A stretch of DNA of 64,000 nucleotides from an uncultured delta proteobacterium. Its GTDB lineage: Bacteria; Myxococcota; Myxococcia; Myxococcales; Anaeromyxobacteraceae. The DNA lies in assembly GCA_963845515.1 (NCBI GenBank), contig CAWJSR010000035.1:57236-121235 (forward strand), in the 5' to 3' direction. The position numbers were made by a program, and so were the translations under genes. The stretch's first letter is position 1. Each line of letters opens with the position of its first letter. The notes under the pieces were generated by a model. It ran no database searches, was not told the DNA's origin, and saw nothing but the letters and a program-made list of their open reading frames with translations. This document shows, piece after piece, positions 29,244-40,240 of this stretch.

Positions 29244-30358
29244 CCGCGCGCGCTGCCGTCGCCATCCACGCGCTCAGCCGCGGCGCGCTCCCGCTCGCGC
29301 TCCGGCTCGCCGCCGCGCTCGGCGACGCGGAGCTCCACGTCTCCGAGCGGATCGCCCCCGAGGCACCGGCGGGGGCCAGCCCCTTCGCCCTGCCGATGCG
29401 CGAGGCGCTCGCGCGCTCCTTTCACGCCCACCGCGCCCACGTCTTCGTGATGGCGATCGGCGCCGTCGTGCGGATGATCGCCCCCCTCCTGCGCGGGAAG
29501 GGGGCCGACCCGGCCGTGGTCTGCCTGGACGAGGCGGGGCGCTTCGCCGTCCCGATCCTCGCGGGCCACCTCGGCGGCGCCAACGCCCTCGCCACCCGGA
29601 TCGCCGCTGCCATCGGCGCAGAGGCCGTCATCACCACCGCGTCCGACGTGCAGGGCACCCTGGCGGTGGACCTCCTCGGCGCCGACCTCGGCTGGCGCTT
29701 CGAGGACCCTCGCGGCAACGCCACGCGTGCCGCCGCCGCCGTGGTCAACGGCGACTCCGTGGCCATCGTCCTCGGCGATGGGGCGCCTCCCTGCTGGCCC
29801 TCCGGCTGGCCCCTCCCAGCGCACGCCACGCTCTGCGAGACGCTCGACGATCCGGCGGTCTGCGAGGCGGAGGCCGCGCTCGTCGTGACCGATCGGATCC
29901 TCCCCTGCGACCTGCCGGCCCTCGCGCGCGCCGTCCTCTACCGGCCGCGGAGCCTCGTGCTCGGGATCGGCTGCGACCGCGCCACGCCGGCGGAGCTGGT
30001 CGCCCGTGGCGTCGAGGCGGTCCTCGCCGGCCACCGCCTCGCCTTGGGCTCGGTCCGCGAGATCGCCTCGGTCGACCTGAAGGCGGACGAGCCCGCGCTG
30101 CTGTCGCTCTCGGAGCGGCTCGGCTGCCCGCTCAGGACCTTCCCGGCGGCGAGCCTCGACGCGACGCCCGGGATCGAGAATCCGTCGGAGCGGGTCTCCC
30201 GTCTGGTCGGAACGCGCGGAGTCTCCGAGCCGGCCGCCCTCCGCGCGGCGGAGGCGCCCCGCCTCCTCGTCTCCAAGCAGGTCTACACGGAGCCGGGCGC
30301 CGGCCGCTCCATGACGATCGCAGTCGCCCGCGTCGCGGGCTCGAGGAGCAGCGAATGA
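29240..30358 (+). CDS. cbiG: Cobalt-precorrin-5A hydrolase
   Basis: MAIGAVVR, DPAVVCLDE, GHLGGAN, ITTASD, LGIGC and GVSEPAAL. Confidence 0.92.
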   Translation: MTARAAVAIHALSRGALPLALRLAAALGDAELHVSERIAPEAPAGASPFALPMREALARSFHAHRAHVFVMAIGAVVRMIAPLLRGKGADPAVVCLDEAGRFAVPILAGHLGGANALATRIAAAIGAEAVITTASDVQGTLAVDLLGADLGWRFEDPRGNATRAAAAVVNGDSVAIVLGDGAPPCWPSGWPLPAHATLCETLDDPAVCEAEAALVVTDRILPCDLPALARAVLYRPRSLVLGIGCDRATPAELVARGVEAVLAGHRLALGSVREIASVDLKADEPALLSLSERLGCPLRTFPAASLDATPGIENPSERVSRLVGTRGVSEPAALRAAEAPRLLVSKQVYTEPGAGRSMTIAVARVAGSRSSE

Positions 30359-31182
30359 GCAACGGCCGACTCTCCATCGTCGGGATCGGGCCCGGCGCGC
30401 CCGACCAGATGACCGGCGCCGCCCGCGCGGCCATCGCGTCGGCCGAGCTCGTGGTCGGCTACCGGAGCTACCTGGACCTGCTGGGCCCGCTCCTCGACGG
30501 CAAGGAGCAGTTCGCAGGCCGGATGACCGAGGAGATCGACCGCGCGCGCGCCGCCGTCGAGCGTGCTCGCGCCGGCGCGCGGGTCGCGCTCGTCGGCTCC
30601 GGTGACGCTGGCGTCTACGGCCTCGCAGGGCTGGCGCTGGAGCTGCTCCGCGAGGCGGGCTGGCGGCGGGGCGACGCGCCGGACGTCGAGATCGTCCCGG
30701 GCGTCACCGCGCTCCTGTCCTGCGCGGCGCGCGTTGGGGCCCCGCTCGGCCACGACTTCTGCGCCATCTCCCTCTCCGACCTCCTCACCCCCTGGCCGGT
30801 GATCGAGCGGCGCGTCGAGGCGGCCGCCTCCGCCGACTTCGCCATCGCCTTCTACAACCCGGCGAGCGCGCGCCGGCGCGAGCCGCTCGCGAAGGCGAGG
30901 GAGATCCTGCTGCGCCACCGCCCTCCCGCGACGCCGGTGGCCGTGGTGACCGACGCCTTCCGTGACGGCGAGCACGTGGTGCTGACCGACCTCGCCGGCC
31001 TTGGGGACGCCGAGGTTGGAATGACCAGCACCGTCCTCGTCGGGGCCGCCTCCACCTTCTCGTGGGAGGGGTTCCTGGTCACGCCGCGCGGCTATGCGGC
31101 GAAGTACGAGTGGGATGGCTCCGCGCGTCCGGGCGAGAAGCCGGGCGCGCCGCTACGTGGAGAAGGGGAAGAGGAGCGATGA
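30355..31182 (+). CDS. cbiH: Precorrin-3B C17-methyltransferase
   Basis: VGIGPG, SGDAGVYG, GAPLGHDF..ISLSDLLTPW, YNP and TPRGY. Confidence 0.93.
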   Translation: MSNGRLSIVGIGPGAPDQMTGAARAAIASAELVVGYRSYLDLLGPLLDGKEQFAGRMTEEIDRARAAVERARAGARVALVGSGDAGVYGLAGLALELLREAGWRRGDAPDVEIVPGVTALLSCAARVGAPLGHDFCAISLSDLLTPWPVIERRVEAAASADFAIAFYNPASARRREPLAKAREILLRHRPPATPVAVVTDAFRDGEHVVLTDLAGLGDAEVGMTSTVLVGAASTFSWEGFLVTPRGYAAKYEWDGSARPGEKPGAPLRGEGEEER

Positions 31183-32723
31183 CGGTCTGGTTCATAGGCG
31201 CTGGGCCCGGGGATCCCGAGCTGCTCACCCTGAAGGGCGCCCGGCTGATCGAGCGGTGCCCGGTAGTCATCTTCGCCGGGTCGCTGGTCGCGCGGGAGGT
31301 GGTGGCGCGAGCGAGGCCGGGGGCGCGCGTCCTCGACTCCGCTGGCATGACGCTCGACGAGATCGTGGCCGAGATGGTCACGGCCAGCGGGCGCGGCGAG
31401 GACGTCGCGCGCGTCCACACCGGCGACCCCGCCATCTTCGGCGCCATCGGGGAGCAGATGCGCCGGCTCGACGCACTGGGGATCCCGTACGAGGTGGTCC
31501 CAGGCGTCTCCTCCTTCACCGCGGCCGCGGCAGCCGTGAAGAAGGAGCTGACGCTCCCCGGCGTCTCGCAGGCGGTCGTCATCGCCCGCGCCGAGGGGCG
31601 GACCGGCGTCCCCGTGGGGCAGCGGCTCGGCGACCTCGCCAGGGCGCGCGCGACGCTCGCCCTCTTCCTCTCGGCGGGACTGCTGGACGACGCGGCGAGG
31701 GAGCTCGCCGTCGCCTACGGCCCCGCCTGCCCGGCGATCGTCGTCCACAAGGCCAGCCACCCCGACCAGAAGATCGTCAGGGCCACGCTCGCGGACGTCG
31801 CCGCGCGAGCGCGCGAGGCGGGGATCGGCGCGACCGCCATGGTCCTCGTCGGGCCGGCGCTCGCCGATGGGGCCGGCGAGGAGTCGAAGCTCTACGACCC
31901 TGCGTTCGCCCATGGCTTCCGCGCCGCGGGCGGCGCGCAGTCCGCCGCGACGGCGTCCGCGCCGCGCGCGCCCGGCATCGTCTACCTCGTCGGCGCCGGT
32001 CCGGGCGACCCGCGCTTCCTCACGCTCCGTGCAGCGGAGCTGCTGGCGCAGGCCGACGTGCTGGCCTACGACGAGCTGGTGCCGGCGCCGCTGCTCGCCA
32101 TGGTGCGCCAGGGCGCCGAGCTGGTCCCGGTCGGACGCCGGCACGGCGATCCGGCGCCGGCGTGGGAGCGGATCCACCCGGAGGTGATGGCGCGCGCCCG
32201 GGAGGGCAAGCGCGTCGTCCGGCTCAAGGCAGGCGATCCGTTCGTCTTCGGCCGCGGCGGGGAGGAGGCGGAGGCCCTGCGCGAGGCAGGGATCCCGTTC
32301 GAGGTGGTCCCTGGCATCTCGGCGGCGCTCGGCGCCGCCGCGGGGGCGCTCATCCCGCTCACCCACCGCGACCTCTCCTCGGACGTCACCTTCGCCACTG
32401 CGCACGACCTCGCGAACGAGGGTGGGCGGACCGACTGGAGGCGGCTCGCCGCCGGCGGGACGCTGGTCCTGTACATGGGGGCTAAGGGGATCGCGCGAAA
32501 CCTGGCGAAGCTGGAGGAGCTGGGCTGGAGCCCCGCGACGCCGGCCGCCTGGGTCGCCGCGGCGACGCGCCCCGATCAGAAGGTGATCACCGGGACGGTG
32601 GGCGACCTCGCGGCCCGCGTGGCCGGCGAGCGCCATCCGGGGCCCGCGCTCCTGATCGTCGGCGCGGTGGTCGCGCTCCGCGCCCGGCTCCTCGGCGTCG
32701 ACGAGGAGGGGTGCGGGACGTGA
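31179..32723 (+). CDS. cbiF: Fusion of precorrin-4 C11-methyltransferase (CbiF/CobM) and uroporphyrinogen-III C-methyltransferase (CobA/SUMT)
   Basis: N-half: FIGAGPGDPELLTLKG, RVHTGDP..FGA..EQ, SKLYDPAFAHGFR. C-half: YLVGAGPGDP, RLKAGDPFVFGRGGEE, IPLTHR, TLVLYMG. Confidence 0.9.
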   Translation: MTVWFIGAGPGDPELLTLKGARLIERCPVVIFAGSLVAREVVARARPGARVLDSAGMTLDEIVAEMVTASGRGEDVARVHTGDPAIFGAIGEQMRRLDALGIPYEVVPGVSSFTAAAAAVKKELTLPGVSQAVVIARAEGRTGVPVGQRLGDLARARATLALFLSAGLLDDAARELAVAYGPACPAIVVHKASHPDQKIVRATLADVAARAREAGIGATAMVLVGPALADGAGEESKLYDPAFAHGFRAAGGAQSAATASAPRAPGIVYLVGAGPGDPRFLTLRAAELLAQADVLAYDELVPAPLLAMVRQGAELVPVGRRHGDPAPAWERIHPEVMARAREGKRVVRLKAGDPFVFGRGGEEAEALREAGIPFEVVPGISAALGAAAGALIPLTHRDLSSDVTFATAHDLANEGGRTDWRRLAAGGTLVLYMGAKGIARNLAKLEELGWSPATPAAWVAAATRPDQKVITGTVGDLAARVAGERHPGPALLIVGAVVALRARLLGVDEEGCGT

Positions 32724-33250
32724 CCGCCACGGCGCCAGGGCTCGTCCTCGTCTACACCGGCGAGGGGAAGGGCAAGACGACCGCCGCGCTGGGGCTCGCC
32801 TTCCGCGCGCTCGGCCGCGGGCTCCGCGTCGCGGTCCTCCAGTTCGTGAAGGGGCGCTGGGAGACCGGCGAGCGGCTGCTCGCCGAGCGCGGCATCCCGG
32901 GTCTTGACTGGCACGTGATGGGCGAGGGGTTCACCTGGGAGGGGAACGATCCCGCGATCCACGCCGACGCGGCGCGCGCCGGCTGGGCGAAGGCGCGCGC
33001 GGTCATCGAGGCTGGCGCGCACGACGTCGTGGTGCTCGACGAGGTGATGCTCCCGCTCGCGCGCGGCTGGATCGACGCCGGGGAGCTGCTGTCCGTCCTG
33101 CGCGCGCGGCGGCAGGCGATGCACGTCGTCCTCACCGGCCGCGGCGCGCCGCCGGCGCTGATCGAGGCGGCCGACCTCGTCAGCGAGATGCGCGCGATCA
33201 AGCACCCGTTCGACAGGGGAGTGATGGCGATCTCCGGGGTGGACTTCTGA
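32720..33250 (+). CDS. cobO: Cob(I)yrinic acid a,c-diamide adenosyltransferase (CobO/BtuR)
   Basis: YTGEGKGKTTAALG, QFVKG, GEGFTW, VVLTGR and KHPF. Confidence 0.95.
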   Translation: MTATAPGLVLVYTGEGKGKTTAALGLAFRALGRGLRVAVLQFVKGRWETGERLLAERGIPGLDWHVMGEGFTWEGNDPAIHADAARAGWAKARAVIEAGAHDVVVLDEVMLPLARGWIDAGELLSVLRARRQAMHVVLTGRGAPPALIEAADLVSEMRAIKHPFDRGVMAISGVDF

Positions 33251-34623
33251 TGGGCGCGCCCGCCTCGCCACGGCTCGTCCTCGCCGCCGCCTCCAGCGGC
33301 TCGGGGAAGACGACCGCCGCCGTGGCGCTCGCGGCGGCGCTGCGGCGTCGCGGGCTCGCCGTGGCGCCGTTCAAGTGCGGCCCCGACTACCTCGACCCCA
33401 CCTGGCACGCGCTCGCCGCAGGCAGGCCGAGCCACAACCTCGACGGCTGGATGATGGGGCGCGACGCATCGCTCGCGACGTTCGCCGCCGCGTCGGCCGG
33501 CGCCGACGTCGCGCTCGTCGAAGGGGTGATGGGGCTCTTCGACGGCGCCTCGCCTCGCTCGGAGGAGGGCTCCACGGCGCAGCTCGCCAAGTGGCTGGCG
33601 GCACCGGTCGTCGCGGTGGTGGACGCCTCCGGGATGGCCCGGACCCTCGCGGCGGTGCTCCACGGGCTCGCCGCCTTCGACCCCGCGCTGCGGCTCGGCG
33701 GCGTCCTGTGCAACAGGATCGGGAGCCGGTCCCACCTCGACCTGCTGCGCGAGGCCGTCGCGCCGCTGCCGGTCTTCGGTGGGCTGCCCAAGGTCGAGTC
33801 GCTCCGGTTCCCCGAGCGCCACCTGGGGTTGGTGTCCGCCACTCGCGACCTGCTCGGTGACGACGCGCTCGCGCGCTGGGCAAATCTCGCGGAGGAGTGG
33901 ATCGACCTCGGAGCCGTCCTCGCCCTCGCCAGCAGCGCCCCGCCGCTCCCAGCGTTCCCGCCCCGGGCGTCTGCCGCCGAGCGGTGCAGGATCGGCGTCG
34001 CCTTCGACGAGGCCTTCCACTTCTACTACGACGACAACCTGGCCCGGCTCGAGGCGCTCGGGGCGCGGCTCGTCCGGTTCTCGCCGCTGCGCGACCCGGC
34101 GCCGCCCGCGGTGGACGGCCTGTACCTCGGCGGCGGCTACCCCGAGCTCCACGCCGCGGCGCTCGCCGGAAACCGCGCCATGCTCGACGGGATCCGCGCC
34201 TTCGCGGCCAGCGGACGGCCCGTCTACGCCGAGTGCGGAGGGCTCATGTACCTGTGCAGCGCCATCCGCACGCTCGACGGGATCGAGCACCGCATGGCTG
34301 GGCTCGTCCACGGCGTCGCGCGCGTGCGCGACAGGCTCCAGGCGCTCGGCTACGCCGAGGTCGAGACGACGACGCCGACGCTGCTCGGACCCGCCGGCCT
34401 CCGGCTCCGCGGTCACCAGTTCCGTTACTCCGACCTCGACCCCCTCCCCGCGGAGGGCGCGCGCGCGTACCGCGTGGCCCGCCGCCGCGGCGGGGAGCCA
34501 TTCTCCGAGGGGTATGGCGGCGGCTCGGTCCTCGCGTCGTGGGTCCATGTCCACTGGGCGAGCTGCCCAGAGGCGGCCGAGGGATTCGTCGGATCCTGCG
34601 AGCGCGCGAGGAGGACGCCGTGA
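33250..34623 (+). CDS. cbiA: Cobyrinate a,c-diamide synthase (CbiA/CobB)
   Basis: [38 protein letters not shown] and AECGGLMYL. Confidence 0.95.
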   Translation: MGAPASPRLVLAAASSGSGKTTAAVALAAALRRRGLAVAPFKCGPDYLDPTWHALAAGRPSHNLDGWMMGRDASLATFAAASAGADVALVEGVMGLFDGASPRSEEGSTAQLAKWLAAPVVAVVDASGMARTLAAVLHGLAAFDPALRLGGVLCNRIGSRSHLDLLREAVAPLPVFGGLPKVESLRFPERHLGLVSATRDLLGDDALARWANLAEEWIDLGAVLALASSAPPLPAFPPRASAAERCRIGVAFDEAFHFYYDDNLARLEALGARLVRFSPLRDPAPPAVDGLYLGGGYPELHAAALAGNRAMLDGIRAFAASGRPVYAECGGLMYLCSAIRTLDGIEHRMAGLVHGVARVRDRLQALGYAEVETTTPTLLGPAGLRLRGHQFRYSDLDPLPAEGARAYRVARRRGGEPFSEGYGGGSVLASWVHVHWASCPEAAEGFVGSCERARRTP

Positions 34624-35567
34624 CCGCGGCCGAGGCCCTCCCGCTCCTGGCGCTCCCGCTCGCCTTCGCGCTCGACGCGCTCGCCGGCGAGTACCCGAAC
34701 CTGCTCCACCCGGTCGTCTGGATGGGGAACGCCATCGGGGCGCTGGAGCGGCTCGCGCCGAAGGGCGGGCGGGCGGCCCAGTTCGCGCACGGGCTCCTGA
34801 TGGCCCTCGGCGTTCCCGCGCTCTTCGCGGCGGCGGCCTGGGGGCTGCTGGCGCTCCTCCGCCCCTGGCCGCTCGCGGCCCTGGCCGCCGAGCTGCTCCT
34901 CCTGAAGTCCACCTTCGCCGTCAGGGCCCTCGGGGCCGCAGCGGGCGAGGTGCGCGCGGCGCTGGAGCGGGACGACCTCCCGTCGGCCCGCCACGCGCTC
35001 CGCTCCCTCTGCAGCCGCGACCCCTCCTCGCTCACCGAGCCCCAGCTCGCCGCGGCGGCGATCGAGTCGGTGGCGGAGAACCTCTCCGACAGCCTCGTCG
35101 CGCCGCTCTTCTGGTACGCGGTCGCGGGGCTCCCCGGCGCGATCGCCTACCGGGCGATCAACACGCTGGACGCCTCCATCGGCTACCGCGGCCGGTACGA
35201 GTGGCTCGGCAAGGCGTCGGCGCGGCTCGACGATCTCGCCAACCTCGTCCCGGCGAGGCTCACCGCGGCGCTCCTGCTCGCCGCAGGCGCCGTCGCCGGT
35301 GGCCGGGCGCGCGACGGGGTGCGGATCCTGTGGCGCGATGGCGGCAGGACCGAGAGCCCCAACGCCGGTCGGCCGATGGCGGCGATGGCGGGGCTGCTCG
35401 GCGTCGAGCTGTCGAAGGTCGACCATTACCGCCTCGGCGACCCGCTCGTCCCGGTCGGCGCGTCCACCATCTCCCGCGCGTGGCGCGTCACGCGGCTCGC
35501 CTCGGCGCTGGCCCTCATCCTGGCGATCACGCCGCTGCTCCTCCGCGGAGCCCTCCATGCCGTCTAG
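34620..35567 (+). CDS. cbiB: Adenosylcobinamide-phosphate synthase
   Basis: [32 protein letters not shown] and SPNAG. Confidence 0.95.
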   Translation: MTAAEALPLLALPLAFALDALAGEYPNLLHPVVWMGNAIGALERLAPKGGRAAQFAHGLLMALGVPALFAAAAWGLLALLRPWPLAALAAELLLLKSTFAVRALGAAAGEVRAALERDDLPSARHALRSLCSRDPSSLTEPQLAAAAIESVAENLSDSLVAPLFWYAVAGLPGAIAYRAINTLDASIGYRGRYEWLGKASARLDDLANLVPARLTAALLLAAGAVAGGRARDGVRILWRDGGRTESPNAGRPMAAMAGLLGVELSKVDHYRLGDPLVPVGASTISRAWRVTRLASALALILAITPLLLRGALHAV

Positions 35568-36645
35568 CGCGCAGCCCGCGGCCCGGCCGCGCGTCCACGG
35601 TGGGCTCCGGCCAGCCGAGCTCCGTGCGCTCGGCATCGACCTGGCCCAGGTCCTCGACCTCTCGGTCAACGTGAACCCCTACGGTCCCGCTCCCGGGGTG
35701 GTCGAGGCGATCCGGAGCGCGCCGCTCGACGCGTACCCGGACCCCGAGGCCCTCGCGGTGCGCGAGGCGCTGGGAGATCGCTGGAGCGTCGTCCCTGAGC
35801 GGGTCGCCTTCGGCAACGGCGCGAGCGAGCTGCTCTGGGCGCTCGCGCAGGTCCTGCTGCGCGACGGCCGGACGCTCCTGATCGTGGAGCCAGCCTTCTC
35901 CGAGCTCCGCGTCGCGGCCGGGTCGGCCGGCGCGCAGGTCCTGGAGTGGCGCGCCCGGCTGGAGGGCGGCCTCGTGCCCGACCTGGAGGCGATCGGCCGC
36001 GAGCTGGACCGTGTTCACCCCGACGTGCTGGCGCTCTGCTCGCCAACTTCCCCGGCCGGCGCACCCGTCCCGGCCGACGAGCTCCTGCGGCTCGCCTTCG
36101 ACCACCCACGGACCACCGTCCTGCTCGACGAGTCCTTCCTCTCGCTCTCTGACGGCCACGCCGACCTCGACGAGCCGCTGCCGGACAACGTGGTCCGGAT
36201 CCGGTCGATGACGAAGGACCACGCTCTCCCCGGACTGCGCGTCGGCTACCTGCTCGCTCCGCCCGAGCTCGTGCGGGCCGTCGACGGCGTCCGGCAGGCG
36301 TGGCCGACGGGGACGCTGGCGCAGGCGGCGGCGCTGGCGGCCATCTCCGCCGAGCGCTTCGTGGCCGAGAGCCGCACCGCGCTGCGCGCGGACCGGCTCG
36401 CGCTCGCCGACGGGCTGCGGGCGCTCGGCCGCCCGCCCCTCGCGTCCGCCGCCCCCTACCTGATCTTCGACGCCGGGGACGCCGCCGCGCTGCGCTCTCG
36501 CCTCCTCGCCGGCGGCGTCCTGGTCCGGGACTGCGCGTCGTTCGGACTGCCCGGCTTCGTCCGAGTCGCCGCGCGCCCCGCCGCGGACCGCGACCGCTTC
36601 CTCGCTGCGCTCGCGGTGGCGCTGCGCCAGGGGGGCTCCCTGTGA
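35557..36645 (+). CDS. cobD: L-threonine-O-3-phosphate decarboxylase (PLP-dependent)
   Basis: [36 protein letters not shown] and VRDCASF; located within the cob operon. Confidence 0.85.
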   Translation: MPSSAQPAARPRVHGGLRPAELRALGIDLAQVLDLSVNVNPYGPAPGVVEAIRSAPLDAYPDPEALAVREALGDRWSVVPERVAFGNGASELLWALAQVLLRDGRTLLIVEPAFSELRVAAGSAGAQVLEWRARLEGGLVPDLEAIGRELDRVHPDVLALCSPTSPAGAPVPADELLRLAFDHPRTTVLLDESFLSLSDGHADLDEPLPDNVVRIRSMTKDHALPGLRVGYLLAPPELVRAVDGVRQAWPTGTLAQAAALAAISAERFVAESRTALRADRLALADGLRALGRPPLASAAPYLIFDAGDAAALRSRLLAGGVLVRDCASFGLPGFVRVAARPAADRDRFLAALAVALRQGGSL

Positions 36646-38195
36646 CGGCGAGGACGCTGATGGTCCAGGGGACCGCGTCATCGGTGGGGAAGAGCCTCGT
36701 CGTCGCCGGGCTCTGCCGGCTCTTCCGGCGCGCGGGGCTCCGCGTCGCCCCCTTCAAGTCGCAGAACATGGCGCTCAACGCGGCCGTCGCCTCCGACGGC
36801 GGCGAGATCGGCCGCGCCCAGCAGGTCCAGGCCGAGGCGGCCGGCATCGACGCCACCGTGCAGATGAACCCGATCCTCCTGAAGCCGGAGGGGGATGCGC
36901 GCTCGCAGGTGGTCCTGCTCGGCCGTCCCTGGAAGACCCTCTCCGCCGCCGAGTACCACGCGGTGAAGCCCGAGCTGCGCGGGATCGTGCGCGAGTGCCT
37001 CGACGCGCTCAGGAGCCAGGTGGACCTCGTCGTCATCGAGGGGGCCGGGAGCCCGGCCGAGGTGAACCTCAAGGACCGCGACATCGTCAACATGGACGTC
37101 GCGAAGGCGGCCGACGCTCCCGTCCTCCTCGTGGGCGACATCGACCGCGGCGGCGTCTTCGCCGCCTTCGTTGGGACCATCGCGCTGCTGGAGCCGGACG
37201 AGCGCGCCCGCGTCGCAGCCTTCGTCTTCAACAAGTTCCGCGGCGACCGCGCGCTCCTGGAGCCAGGCTTCGAGCTGCTGCGCGCGCGGACCGGGATCCC
37301 GACGCTCGGCGTCCTGCCCTGGCTGCGCGACCTCGGGATCGCCGACGAGGACTCTGTCGCCCTGGACGATCGCCGGGGGCGGGGCTCCGTCGCCGTCGCG
37401 GGCGAGGTCGACGTCGCGGTGGTCAGGCTGCCGCGCGTCTCCAACTTCGACGACTTCGCCCCGCTGGAGCAGGAGCGCGGCGTACGGCTCCGCTTCGTGG
37501 AGCGTCCAGGCGACGCGCGCGGCGCGGACCTGCTCGTCCTCCCGGGGACCAAGAGCACCCTCCCCGACCTCGCCTGGCTCCGCGCGACCGGCTTCGCAGA
37601 CGAGGTGATCGCTCGCGCGCGGCGGGGCGAGCCGGTGCTCGGCGTCTGCGGCGGCTGCCAGATGCTGGGGACCCGGCTGGAGGATCCGCACGGCGTCGAG
37701 TCGGAGGTGCGCGCGGCCGACGGGCTCGGGCTGCTGCCGCTCGTCACCCGGTTCGAGCGGGAGAAGCTGACGGCCCGCTGCCGCGGCCGCGCGGCGAGCG
37801 CAGGGTTCCTCGCGCCGGCCGACGGCGCCGAGATCCAGGGCTACGAGATCCACATGGGGACGGTGGAGCGGACGGACGGCGGCCCACCGGCCTTCGCACT
37901 CCACGAGCGGAACGGACGCGGCTGCAGCGCGGGAGACGGCGCGGTGAGCGGAGACGGCACGGTGGTCGGGACGCTCATCCACGGGGTCCTCGAGAACGAC
38001 CAGGTCCGCGCCGCGCTCCTCGGCCACCTCCGGACGCGCCGGTCCCTCCCGCCCCTCCCGGTGACGCCGCGCGCCGCCGCGCGTGAAGCCGCCTACGACC
38101 GGCTGGCCCGCACGCTCCGCGACGGGCTGGACTGGAGCGCGCTCTGCAGGATCGCCGGCCTCGACCTGCCACCCCCGCGTCTCCAGGAGGACTGA
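36642..38195 (+). CDS. cobQ: Cobyric acid synthase (CobQ/CbiP)
   Basis: MVQGTASSVGKS, PFKSQNM, EGAGSPAEVNL, DIDRGG, GVCGG.QMLG and GYEIHMG. Confidence 0.95.
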   Translation: MTARTLMVQGTASSVGKSLVVAGLCRLFRRAGLRVAPFKSQNMALNAAVASDGGEIGRAQQVQAEAAGIDATVQMNPILLKPEGDARSQVVLLGRPWKTLSAAEYHAVKPELRGIVRECLDALRSQVDLVVIEGAGSPAEVNLKDRDIVNMDVAKAADAPVLLVGDIDRGGVFAAFVGTIALLEPDERARVAAFVFNKFRGDRALLEPGFELLRARTGIPTLGVLPWLRDLGIADEDSVALDDRRGRGSVAVAGEVDVAVVRLPRVSNFDDFAPLEQERGVRLRFVERPGDARGADLLVLPGTKSTLPDLAWLRATGFADEVIARARRGEPVLGVCGGCQMLGTRLEDPHGVESEVRAADGLGLLPLVTRFEREKLTARCRGRAASAGFLAPADGAEIQGYEIHMGTVERTDGGPPAFALHERNGRGCSAGDGAVSGDGTVVGTLIHGVLENDQVRAALLGHLRTRRSLPPLPVTPRAAAREAAYDRLARTLRDGLDWSALCRIAGLDLPPPRLQED

Positions 38196-38953
38196 TTGCC
38201 ATCGTTCTTGAGCCGTCCCCTCGTCGCCGTCGCCTTCCTGACGCGCATCCCGGTCCCGCTACCGCCTCGCTCGACGGCGAGGGCGTCGGCCGCGCGTCGC
38301 TCTTCTTCCCCGCGGTCGGGCTCCTCGTCGGCGCGATCCAGGCGGGCTCCGCCTGGCTGCTGCTCGAGCGGCTCCCCGACACGGTCGTGGCAGTCCTGGT
38401 GGTGGCGCTGGGCGTCCTGGTCACCGGCGCGCTGCACCTCGACGGGCTCGCCGACACCGCGGACGGCTTCGGCGGCGGGAAGGACAAGGAGCACGCGCTC
38501 CGGATCATGCGCGACCACTCGGTGGGGGCCTATGGCGCCGCTGCCATCGCCCTCTCGCTGGCGCTCAAGATCTCGATCGTCGCCACGGTCACCATGTTCG
38601 GGACGCCGGGGCTCCTCTGGATCGCGCTCGCCCCGGCGCTCGGACGCTGGGCGCCGGTCCTGCTCGGGCGCGCCCTCCCCTACGCACGGGCCGAGGGCGG
38701 GCTCGGGAAGGCGGTGACCGACGGCTCCACGGGGGCGCTGGAGCTGGGCGGCGCCACCGTCCTGGCGATCGGCGCGGCCGCGGGGCTCGCGGGGCTGAAC
38801 GGGGCGATCGCCGCCGCCGCCGCGGCGCTCGCGACCCTCCTCTTCGGACTGCTCTGCCGCCGGAAGATCGGCGGCGTCACGGGCGACACGCTCGGCGCCT
38901 CCGTCGAGCTCGTCGAGGCGGTCGTCCTCCTGCTGGCGGTGGCGCTCAGGTGA
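38196..38953 (+). CDS. cobS: Adenosylcobinamide-GDP ribazoletransferase (cobalamin synthase); 1-bp frameshift near 38265
   Basis: AFLTRIPV in one frame; FFPAVG, TGALHLDGLADTADG, IMRD and GGVTGDTLGA in the next. Confidence 0.92.
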
Positions 38954-39570
38954 TGGGCGTGCCGAAGAGCGACGCGACGCGCCTCCTCCTGCTGCGGCAC
39001 GGTGAGGTCGAGGAGGGCGCGCGCGGCCGGATCTACGGCCGGCTCGATCCGGACCTGTCTCCAGCCGGGCGCGACCAGGCCGAGGCGGCCGCGCGCCTCG
39101 CGGCGGCCGCGCGCCCCGTGGCGATCTACACGAGCCCCAGCGTCCGCGCGCAGGACAGCGCAGCTCCGCTGGCAGCGCTGCTGGGGCTCGCGCCGATCGT
39201 CGAGCCCCGGCTCCGCGAGATCGAGTTCGGCGAGCTCGAGGGGCTCACCTTCGCCGAGGCGGAGCGCCGGGATCCAGTGACGTGGCGGGAGTGGATGGAG
39301 CGGCCGGGGGAGGTCCGGTTCCCGGGTGGCGAGTGCTGGGACGAGATCCGTGCGCGCGCCGTCGAGGCGGCCGAGTCGATCGCCGCTGCCCACGCCGCCG
39401 CCCCGGTCGCCGTCGTCACGCACGGCGGCGTCATCCGGGCGCTCCTCGCCGAGGCGCTCGCCATCCCGGCGAGCCGCACCTTCCGGATGGAGGTCGGCTT
39501 CGGCTCGCTCACGATCCTGCGGCGAGAGCCGTTCGGCTGGATGGTGGAGGCCGTGAACCGGCGGCCGTGA
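38950..39570 (+). CDS. cobC: Alpha-ribazole phosphatase (histidine phosphatase family)
   Basis: LLRHGE, LREIEFGELEG, PGGE and VTHGGVIR; last gene of the cob operon. Confidence 0.85.
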   Translation: MMGVPKSDATRLLLLRHGEVEEGARGRIYGRLDPDLSPAGRDQAEAAARLAAAARPVAIYTSPSVRAQDSAAPLAALLGLAPIVEPRLREIEFGELEGLTFAEAERRDPVTWREWMERPGEVRFPGGECWDEIRARAVEAAESIAAAHAAAPVAVVTHGGVIRALLAEALAIPASRTFRMEVGFGSLTILRREPFGWMVEAVNRRP

Positions 39571-39575
39571 CGGGG

Positions 39576-40061
39576 TCAGCCGATCTCGACCTTCTTCGCC
39601 GTCGGCTTCGCACCCACCGCCTTCGGCACCCGGACCTCGAGCACGCCGTCACTGTAGGACGCGTGCGCCTTCTCGATGTCCACCTCGGTCGGCAGCCGGA
39701 CGGTGCGCGTGAACGTCCCGCTGGCCCGCTCGAAGCGGTAGTAGCTCCTCCGCTCGACCTTCTCCTCCTTCGACTTCTTGCCGGTGACCGTGATCGTCTC
39801 CGGTCCGACCTCCACGGTGAGGTCCTCCTTCTTCATCCCTGCGACCTCGCACTTGGCGACGATGTCGGTGCCCTCCTCGAAGACGTCGATCGGCGGGAGC
39901 CGAGCGGCCATCTCCTCGGGCGAACGGAGCGCTGTCCAGAGCGGCGCCCACCGCTCCATGAACATCTCGTCGAGCCGATCCATCAGGTGAGGCATCTCAG
40001 TGAGCTTCTCCCGGAGCGGCGCGAGCCTCGACGGGAGCTGCGTCTTCATTAGCCTTGCCAT
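39576..40061 (-). CDS. Hsp20/alpha-crystallin family small heat-shock protein
   Basis: PPIDVFE, ERASGTFTRTVRLP, ASYSDGVLEVRVPK and a C-terminal VEI motif. Confidence 0.92.
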   Translation of the reverse strand: MARLMKTQLPSRLAPLREKLTEMPHLMDRLDEMFMERWAPLWTALRSPEEMAARLPPIDVFEEGTDIVAKCEVAGMKKEDLTVEVGPETITVTGKKSKEEKVERRSYYRFERASGTFTRTVRLPTEVDIEKAHASYSDGVLEVRVPKAVGAKPTAKKVEIG

Positions 40062-40240
40062 CGCTCTTCTCCTCCTTGCAGGACTGAGCTTGGGCCTTGG
40101 ACGCGCTGCGTCAAGACGCTCGGGAGGGGTCGTCCGTAGGGGTCGGCGACGCCGACGAGGGTTCCCCCTGTGGGTTGGTGCGGCCCGCGGGCGCATTCCG
40201 CCGGCCCGTCGAGCGTGGGAAACGGTTAGAGGTGGAGGGC

